Assembly: GCA_951406725.2 (NCBI GenBank)
Contig: OX597830.1
Location: 39,060,001-39,124,000 of the forward strand
Length of the DNA: 64,000 bases
Reading direction: 5' to 3'
Source: Octopus vulgaris
Taxonomy: Eukaryota
How positions within the stretch are numbered: the first letter of the stretch is position 1; every line of letters begins with the position of its first letter. The notes under the pieces were generated by a model. The model saw only the letters and a list, made by a program, of their open reading frames with translations. It made no database searches and had not been told where the DNA came from. Shown piece after piece: positions 54,736 through 64,000 of the stretch. The position numbers and the translations under genes were made by a program.

Positions 54736-55334
54736 AACAACAAGTAAGATGAGGACAAATATCCGTCGAATGTAAATAATGTAAATAATCATATAACCGT
54801 TGTTTCAACTGAGCGGTTCTACCAATCCACTGAGTTTTTACAACAAAATAATAAGCATTAACATTTCGAAGCTCTGATAAGCATAGCATCACTGGTGAAT
54901 TAATAAATGAGTTGGTCTTAAATTTCTCTCTAAAGAATTCGTTTTTGCGTAGCACTTAATGACCTTAAGAATAGAAAATCACGCACACATACACACACAC
55001 ACACACCAAATTTTGCTCAGAGGCACATATCAGAATAGTAGTAATTACTGTTCCAAATTTGATTAAGTATATGTATGATAACACGCTTGAATCATAAACA
55101 TGTCGTCTTAAAGAAAATATGTCCCTTGAGGGAGTTATTATTTCTAGCATTTCAATCGACCAACGAGATGATCTGCTTCTGTATGGGTTATCTGAATGTA
55201 ACGTGACTTGGTTGACACTTCTCTATTATTCACTAAATATTTCATAATAACTATTTTTGGTCATTACACTTGATGCACTGAGCTCGATTTAATCGATTTA
55301 TCCCACCCCACCGCCATCATAAGCTGTCTCAATA

Positions 55335-55535
55335 AAGCCACTGACCAGTTATCTATTTAAAGTTATATAAGCCCACACAGTCTGCATATCCAGTCCGGAA
55401 GCCCCATCTTGTCCTGAATATCGATCGGCTTGAATGTATAGAGATACAGGTAACCAGACGAATATCCTCTGTCAATCACCATATCTCGAATGTCTGGCTA
55501 CACCTTAAAATTTCGACGTCTAGATTATCCATCGT
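55335..55535 (+). mobile_element. Old CR1-type LINE fragment
   Basis: LKLYK...PHLVLNIDRLECIEIQVTRRISS...LKFRRL resembles the CR1 RT C-terminal motif WxPxLxxDIxxLExVQRRATR. Confidence 0.5.
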
Positions 55536-55886
55536 GTTTCCAACGAGAAATTTTCCCTCTGTTTTTTTTTTTCACTTTAATTTATCTGTTGAAGAAAGAA
55601 AATGTTTAGTCGAAGTGTAAATATATTATCCAATGTCATTTTTGAAGACTTTAGCTTGCCCGTTACTTACATTTTCCTTTGTCTATACTTCATCCAATGG
55701 CTACTATTCTCTGAAACGGCTAAGAACTTTCCTTACAATTCATAACTTTTTAGAAACACGACAGTTGGCTCGAAAGTAATATCGACTGGAATTAATTATA
55801 GAAATCCAGACGAGGTGATTTACTAGTCTTGGAGAATTCTAATCTTCTATGAATTCCGACTGAAATCAATAAAATATCTAGAATTC

Positions 55887-55888
<2 letters not shown>

Positions 55889-55960
<72 letters not shown>
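55889..55960. repeat. (TA)n microsatellite
   Basis: Directly visible. Confidence 0.97.
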
Positions 55961-55963
<3 letters not shown>

Positions 55964-57169
55964 GCTGATTATATTCTACCCTAAAATATTTGTTACAATA
56001 TGCACAAGTCTTTGATATCTCTACCATCACTTGTAGTTAAAAATTGAAGCAGTTGTAATAATAGTTGGAGTAAATTTTGATTCATTTGCAATTTTACAAA
56101 GTAATTATTATAGCCTCTCGTATGGACGATTAAACTACGGATTTTTAATTAACCACTTGTTACATAAATGATATCGATTTCACAAGACAGTTTAACTTCT
56201 TCCAAAGAAAAATAAAGACACTGTATTTTTAATATACAATACGAAATAGCTTAGTACCACCCTGCGGATGCTGAACATTATATGTGAACATAAATTCTCT
56301 TTTTACGTCTGAATTGAATATTCAAATGACTTCAGTCACATTAAAAGCACACATTATTTCTATTATTATATAACATGATTAAACATTTTAAGTACGATTG
56401 TTACTTTCTTTAAACATAATACAATGTTGAGAACATTATATTATATAACAAGAAAGCTATATAAGAACATTTCGTTTACTATACAATACTCATGTCTAAC
56501 ATATACAAATAAAATTTTTCATGAACACAATAATGTCGTCAAACGAGCTATTCTAGTGCTAAGTCCATATCCATCTCTACCTCTGCATGTACCGGCGTAA
56601 AGTTGCCCACGTGGGAAGTATGTTGTTCTTTAGATAGCCGCTGATATTTGAAAGCATTTGCCCTTGAGCTTAGCGAATTGAAAAACGAATGATTGCGCGA
56701 AATGAAGAGTGACCCATCTTTTGTTCTTATTTTCCAGAATTTTCTTTCACATTTTTATTGTTTTTAATCGATGCATTTTATCAATGTCTAACTTACTTCT
56801 TACTCTAAAACTCAGTTCATTTCTCTCATGTTTGTATCATTTATCTCATTAATATATCCCTCCTCCCACTTCACTTGAGAGAAAGAAGATTAGATATAGA
56901 GAGAGACACACACACACGGACAGTCAGACAGACAGACAGGTAGACAGACTTGTAGACAGAAAGAGAGACTAAGATTTATTGAGAAAAAAGATGAATGCGA
57001 AAATGCGTTGAAAGCTTTTTGGTATGAGAAATGTGAAGTCTTTCCAGCGACGACCATAACTAAAGTAAAAGGAACGACACGTATATAGGATGATGTAGAG
57101 CCCAAATATAGAAAGATGTAAGGAGACAAACAAGCAAAGGTATTCATTACCTGTCACTGACAGGCACAT

Positions 57170-57765
57170 GTATAGGTGTATGCGTGTGTGTGGTTACATA
57201 TATGTTAAGCATACACACATACGCAACCAGGCGCGCACACACACACACGCGCGCGCAGATGAGTGAGTCTATTCTCGTAAATGTGACATTGCCGGTAATA
57301 AATAGAAAATATACGTCGTACGTAAGAGAACCACATCACCACCACTACCACAAATCCCGCAGCATATACATGTGTGTGTATGTGTGTTCGTGTGTGTATG
57401 TATGTGTGTGTGCGTGTCCCCACGTGTATGCGTAGATACAAATAGGGTAACGTGTGTATGACAACAGGTCATGCAGAAATCAGCACAGACAAATGTGGAC
57501 AATTGTTATACACAGTGATACACGTCCACACGTGCTTGTGCACGTGCACACATGCCCCTGCGTAAACACGCACACACACACACACACACACATGCACACA
57601 CGCACACGGGAACACACACACACACACACAGGAACACGCACGTGTACACATACACAGAGACATTTATCCGCAGGCACCCGGTGAACACGCATAAGTAAAC
57701 AGTCTTGCATTCATACAAACACATTCATGCACATACGCCAGTCTATACACACACACACACAAACG
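57170..57765. repeat. Degenerate (CA)n/(TG)n microsatellite-rich region
   Basis: Directly visible; source of many CV/HT-repeat ORFs. Confidence 0.85.
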
Positions 57766-58011
57766 CGCCTCTCTCATTCCCATCCTTCTGCCCTCACCCC
57801 CACCCCCCAGCACACGTCAGTAACTACACCCATAAACCTTTACGGGATGTCAAGCAGATGTCAAGCAGATGCTGCGTGCCAGCCGGTGTTGGTGTGTTTA
57901 CGTCCCCGTAACCTAGTGATTCGATATAAGCGATTGATAGAATATGTACCAGACTTTAAAAATAACTCCTGTAGTCTACGTGTTCGGCGAAAACCGAACA
58001 AATAAAGGAAT

Positions 58012-58050
<39 letters not shown>

Positions 58051-60091
58051 ATGCCTATACTAATTTTGTGATCTACTTTCTAGCGCCTCGGTTTATTTTC
58101 TAACCTCCTCTAACCATACCATCTTCTTTTCTTCTGTGACATTCTTTTCGTTTCTTTTATTATCAATTTCTCTCCATTACCTCATTTTCTTCTTTTTCTC
58201 TAACTGTACACCTACGCAATATAAATATTTCTGATTTGTTTTCATGTGCAGTGCAACACACACTCAGCGCAAGCAATGTCGTATCACAGAAATGGCGATG
58301 AAATGTATATAGCATTTTCTAATGTATTTTTTCTCTGTCAGCTGTAATATAAACGAGGATAGACGAACGTACTTGGGAAAATATTGAAAATGCGTTTGCT
58401 TTGTTTTTTATTTGTTTTTTGTTTGTTGTTTTTTTTACTACTTTTTAAATCATATTCGCGATGTCTTATTTCCATTTTCCTTTGCAGCAATTTCTTGCTC
58501 ATATTTCCAATTATGTTTGATCAAAAATTTTGCAACTCTGAATTTCAACATCATTTTATGAAGATATAGAAACTAAACCTCTATACGTAACATTATTTAT
58601 CATACAACTAAACAGGCTTTATTAGTACGTGGCTTACGAAAAACTTACAAGAAATAGAATCCAAATTCCCTCAAATCCGAATCGTTAATTTCTAAAAATT
58701 AATCCTAATGCAATAAATTTGGGACGATAGGTGTAATCGCATGAAGTAACCGCAGTATTTACTGGTACAAATTTCATCTACCCTTCCACACAAACTCTAA
58801 ACCTGAAGGGCAGTATTAAGATGCCACACTTCTTACGACTCTGCTAATCCGCCATCTTATAACAGTAAAAATTTTTAAAAAACATTATTATTGTTTCCAA
58901 TTATTTTCCATATATATGTCTAATTACGGTGAAAACTTTAAAAAATTTGTTTTAACTAGTAATTAGCTTCGAGAATTAATTACTCAGATTTATTAACATC
59001 AATATATAATTACCATTTCTTCTATTTATTACTTTGAATTTTGATATATTTGTTATTTTCATGGGTTTCTGCTTTTATTTTTAAGATTCGCTTATATGTC
59101 TTCCATTTTGTTTATAATTTTTTTAGCGTAACGTTTCCTTCATTTTTTTCTCCTCATAGCTTTAAGTTTTCTTTTCTTTTCAGCATTTGTATGTAATTTA
59201 TCATGTTTTATTAATATTATCATGTCTCTTCTTCATATTTCAATGTTTGAGAACGTATCTATTAGTGATGCAATTCAAATATAATTAATTTTAGTGATTC
59301 AAATATTACAGTTGTTGCGGTAGTTTATTACGATGCTGTTTCTGTTTTGTTGAATTTATCATTTTCTTATTGGCTGTTACTAAATTAGAGCTAGTTATTA
59401 TTAATATTATTATTATTATTATTATTATTATCATTATTGTTGTTGTTGTTGTTGTTCTTGTTCTTGTTCTTGTTCTTGTTGTTATTCTAGGAGTTAAAAA
59501 TATAAACTAAATATCATTTCCTGCAGTTTTACCGTCTTAATTGGCAAATGATAGTTTAACATATAAAAAAAAAATGAAGAACAAATACAACTAAATAAAT
59601 ACCCGTTTTTCAAAATAGGTTTCTGTCCTCTTAAAATCTGCGGCATTAATACTAAAATAATATTTTCTCTTATTTTGCCTAAAGGTTGACGAGTGAGGAG
59701 CCACTAGAGATATAGCTCTCAAAAGAGCGTTGACTCATTTTAGAAATCAAATGAGAGCAGCATAAATCCACAATGCAATGGAAAAAATCTCAATAGACAT
59801 CCATAAAATGTAATTCAGTAAATCTCGCATAAAGCCTGCCCTGTCTTATTTACTGAAGGTAAATTGGTATTCCAATTAATTTTGTTGCTATTTCCAACCA
59901 GGACCACTATCTTAGACTCCAATTATATATAGATATAATCCGTATGAAGTTTGAAGACTGATTACCATACTTGATACGGAATTATGCACAGGTAACATTT
60001 TGAGCTCGTAAAAGGGATACCATTTTCACCCTCCGCAAAAAATCCCAAATCTTGCATAGATATGTCTATGGTTAATTGTGTGCTTGCCTTC

Positions 60092-60092
<1 letters not shown>

Positions 60093-60170
<78 letters not shown>
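60093..60170. repeat. (GT)n-(GA)n microsatellite
   Basis: Directly visible. Confidence 0.97.
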
Positions 60171-60176
<6 letters not shown>

Positions 60177-60309
60177 AGATAATGCGCCCATACTCAATAT
60201 ATTTGATTCAGGTGGAAAATTGAATAGATATTCAGATCAAGTTTAAACAAGGAAAATTCATTTAAATTGACTCTCTGTTAATAGAGTAGTAATATTTTTC
60301 TCACTCAAA

Positions 60310-60394
60310 GGCGGCGAGCCTGCAGAATCGTTAGCACGCCGGTCGAAATGCTTAGCAGTATTTCAGCTGCCGTTACGTTCTGAGTTCAAATTCC
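60310..60394 (+). mobile_element. Family 'M' SINE head (truncated)
   Basis: GGCGGCGAGCCTGCAGAATCGTTAGCACGCC...GAGTTCAAATTCC. Confidence 0.85.
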
Positions 60395-60682
60395 TAATCC
60401 CACGTCATCTGATGTCCACCTCTTTCCAAACATGAAGTATGTTTTGAAGGGGAAGCACTTATCAGATGATGATGAACATATTTCCGAGGTAAAGTCTTGG
60501 CTCCAGACGCAACCTACCGACTTCTACAGACGAGGTCTTCACAACTGCATACAGCAATAGGAGTAATGTGCCACCATCCATTGGTGGCGGCTATGCAGTG
60601 AAGGACTAATAATTATCCCAAGTTTCGTTTATCACAGTCCTTAGGAAGTGAATCAGGGCAAATCTTTAATGAACAGCCTCCG
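60393..60682 (+). mobile_element. Mariner (irritans-like) 3' fragment with right end
   Basis: PNPTSSDVHLFPNMKYVLKGKHLSDDDEHISEVKSWLQTQPTDFYRRGL...GGYAVKD*; ends TGAACAGCCTCCG|TA. Confidence 0.8.
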
Positions 60683-61084
60683 TATATACATGCATATATA
60701 CATATGTACGTATATATATATATGCACATGTATATATATTTCTACTCACACGCACACAATAATAAAATTAAAATGCACTGATGTATATATATATATAATC
60801 AAATATATATATATATGTCGTACGCGAATGAGAGGATTTGCATCCCCAACGTAGAATTTTTGATGTAATACATGTCCTTGAGGTAGTAGTTGTGAGCGGC
60901 TGAAGAAGGCCATAGACACACATTATGCATTGTTATAAATCCGTCTAATAAAGGCCCGAAACATATGTACCGCTGAATCCTTGGCATCATGTTTTATTTT
61001 GATTAATTTATATATATATATATATATATATATACACTCACATACATATATATGTACATATTTATGTGTGTATATATATATTTT

Positions 61085-61554
61085 TAAGTTTCAGCTCAGA
61101 GCTGCGGCCATGCTGATGCACCGCCGTTTTGCGCTACACTGTTATTACTAGGAGCCTCGTCTAATATGTGGCACGTGATGAAGAATGGAGTTTGATATAG
61201 CTACCCTCATTTGCACCTCTTGCCGTGAGGTAGGCTCATCTGGGACTCTCGACAGGAAGAGGTCCAGCTTTGATTTAAAAACCCTTATATCTACAAGTTC
61301 CTCAGACTCTTTGGGAGAATGTTAAAAAGCTGTGGGCCCTTGAAACCCAGGCTGTTACAGTAACTGGTCCTGAAGCGTGATGGCATTGCTGGGACCTTTG
61401 GCACCATGCAGTGTCGTCCTGTTCTGGCATTGGTGTAGCTTTCAATACCAAAATTTGGCACAATTCCTTCTAGGATCTTCCAGATATATATTACTGCATA
61501 CCTCTCCCGTCTTCTCTCCAGGGAGTAGAGCCTTAGCTGTTTCAACCTTTCCCA
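61085..61554 (-). mobile_element. CR1-type LINE 3' end (5'-truncated)
   Basis: WERLKQLRLYSLERRRERY..IYIWKIL...GPQLFNILPKSLRNL...FKSKLDLFL, then a short 3' UTR; embedded in (TA)n. Confidence 0.88.
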
Positions 61555-62026
61555 TATATATAGATATATATGTACATATATAAACATAAATATGTACATA
61601 TATATATGTATATATTACGTATATATACATATATATATACATGCATTAACATTTATACACACACACACTAATTAAAGTAAAATGCACTTATATATATTAA
61701 GTATATTTATATACATAATATAATATTTCAAGAATGCTTGAATTTTAATCGCTTAAATCATTCTTTCACATATTCCTATTAATTTTCTAAAACCCCCAAC
61801 TCGAAACATATGAAAAATATTCACTGAAACCCCATTAACATTCGATGTATTCTAGTCTTTATATACACAAGCACTCACCTACACAAGTACTTGCAAGTGT
61901 ACGCGAGAAACTGTGCACACTAACACACAGGTACCTTTGTATGACGTAAATCACATACATATGTTCAAAACACTTAAGAAATGTTATATATTAAACAGAA
62001 TCTTACACAACAATTTATTCAGTACA

Positions 62027-62113
62027 TATGCAATTCATATCTACAGAATCTTTAAATTTAGATGTTTATTCTATGCAATTCATATCTATGGAATCTTTAA
62101 ATTTAGACGTTTA
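62027..62113. repeat. ~45-bp tandem duplication
   Basis: TATGCAATTCATATCTA..GAATCTTTAAATTTAGA.GTTTA x2. Confidence 0.9.
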
Positions 62114-62269
62114 CGCTATGGGCTAATAAAAGGAGATATGTACAGAGGGAGATATCCCGCTTGTTTATGGAACCTATTCATGTAAAATTATCTACAATTT
62201 ATGCGAATGTGTGTGTATATATCTCCATGTGCGTATGTGTGTGTACTTTGCTGAATGTCATGAGTTTAA

Positions 62270-62484
62270 CCCTTGAACATTATAGATTTCTCTGTGAAAT
62301 GTAACACATATATTCACATTGTTTTGAATTATTCATGAAATATCTCATAGTTTTGAGATTTCAATGATATGATTGTTTATCTTAAGAAGTTGTAGGGGAG
62401 GTTTGGGAGGTTAGATCTGGTCGGTTTGAACATAAAAAAAGCAGAATGTTTTGGCCGGGTGTGGCTTGTTTGAATGCTAAATGG
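62270..62484. mobile_element. TTAA-flanked piggyBac-like MITE (215 bp, diverged)
   Basis: TTAA|CCCTTGAACATT ... AATGCTAAATGG|TTAA. Confidence 0.65.
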
Positions 62485-64000
62485 TTAATGTTATATATAC
62501 TGCTCGTCGAAATGAGAACCAATTACTGGTGCGGCTTTCCTGTATATATTTGTGCTTTATGTGACGAAAGTTGTACGTTTAATTTTGATAGATGCCTCCA
62601 GACTATAATGCCTTAAGTATGTTCATCTATGTCTATAAAATTTTGAAATTTTCCCTTTAAAAATGCACACGTACATACAAAAGTTTAGAGAAAAAGTGTA
62701 TTATTACGCATGTAAATATTTCAGATAAGATTTACATTTTAAAAAAGAATTTATTAAAACTATAAAGCTTTTTGTTTGTGAAATCTCTCTCATTTGGAAA
62801 CAATACATAAACTGAATATTATTATATTCCCATGGTCGTTTAGCTAGCTTTACATGATACTTCATTAACTTTCTTCGGTGTCGTAATATCGATTAGTATC
62901 ACTGGAACGAGATAATTAAATAACAGATATGTGTTGTTAGATAATTAATTTGATGATATTATCAACTGGAATATAAAGAGGGAATTAATTTCATTTGTGT
63001 CATTCCTGTAGATTAACGATAACAACTTCAATACAGCAGGAACTCTTGACGAAATTACAGAGCAAAAATTATCTTAACCAAGTGGGAATTAATAACAAAA
63101 GCATTCTGTAAAATAATAACAAATTGTACAAAAATAACTTCTCAAGAAAGTCTTTAGTTATAAATCTTTCTAGCATATATTTCGGAATTGTACATGTGTT
63201 GAAATTGAAACAATTCTATTATGGAAGTGTCACCTTCTCTATTCAAGAAGCACACAGAAAATTATTACTTTCACTTCAGTTTACGCTTTTAATTCCATCA
63301 TATGTTATAACGTTGTATAAGTTTCGTATTGTAGTCACTAACATAATTCCACTGTATTCAGAGAATTGCCTTGTAATATATACAGTATTTATTTGAATCA
63401 TATACACATCGAACATATTTCCTATTCATAGTTGAAGTCACTTTTCAATATATTATAACATTAAGGAAAAGGCATGAACGCCATAAAAGCTCATTTATTT
63501 ACTTTACGACTTTCAAAGTAACACTTCCAGAAATGGATACACTAAATTGATTTCTTAAAAAAAAATTCAATTTAATTCATTTCCCATCTCAGAAATATAA
63601 AACCGCAGGTTAATTTACCTCGCTATTAAACTTAAAAGTGTCCTAATTGTTACACGATTTCACATATAAAAACGCCAGGTTCAGGTAAAACTAAAGGACA
63701 GACACGTAGACTAGAGGAGAAAATGCGAGAGCTAGCTGCACAACATTATGTTTGAGCTATCTAATTATCAGTGTGCCTGGTCTTCAGGGATATAGTACGA
63801 GAAGTTTAGTATTCTTTAGAACCGTTTCAGCGCTTATTGGGCAAGCCGTTGGGCGAGTTCTCAGATGCAACGTCTTTTATCACATATTTACTACATCAAG
63901 AGCTACCTCAGACTACAGAAAATAATAAAAACTCTATTCTTCTTTAATTAAACTTCTGTGAGATAATTATTTTGTCTATTAGTCAGCTTAGTTATTTGAC

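Overview
AT-rich eukaryotic non-coding DNA, full of microsatellites, with no intact protein-coding gene. The SINE repertoire and (TA)n/(CA)n/(TAA)n density suggest an octopus (coleoid cephalopod) genome; this is inference. Most long ORFs in the track are microsatellite artefacts. The window holds several tRNA-derived SINE families, Tc1/mariner, pogo, piggyBac-like and other DNA-transposon relics, and fragments of CR1, RTE, R4/Dong and Penelope retroelements. Most notable: (1) A non-autonomous element built as tRNA/Pol III head + (TAA)n + minimal hammerhead-ribozyme tail. It is integrated twice (36.1-38.5 kb, 53.3-54.8 kb) as TSD-flanked inverted structures of Penelope type, and both insertions carry an R4/Dong LINE fragment that meets a (TAA)n array at the same nucleotide. 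(2) A 2-kb ORF1-only (HAL1-like) retroelement with a 15-bp TSD inside a CORE-SINE, plus a divergent paralog. (3) A Penelope relic whose RT-to-GIY-YIG linker is a long triplet-rich low-complexity tract. (4) A CR1 LINE 3' end matching the CORE-SINE tail, and modular head/tail swapping among SINEs. All calls were read by eye; no database searches were run.
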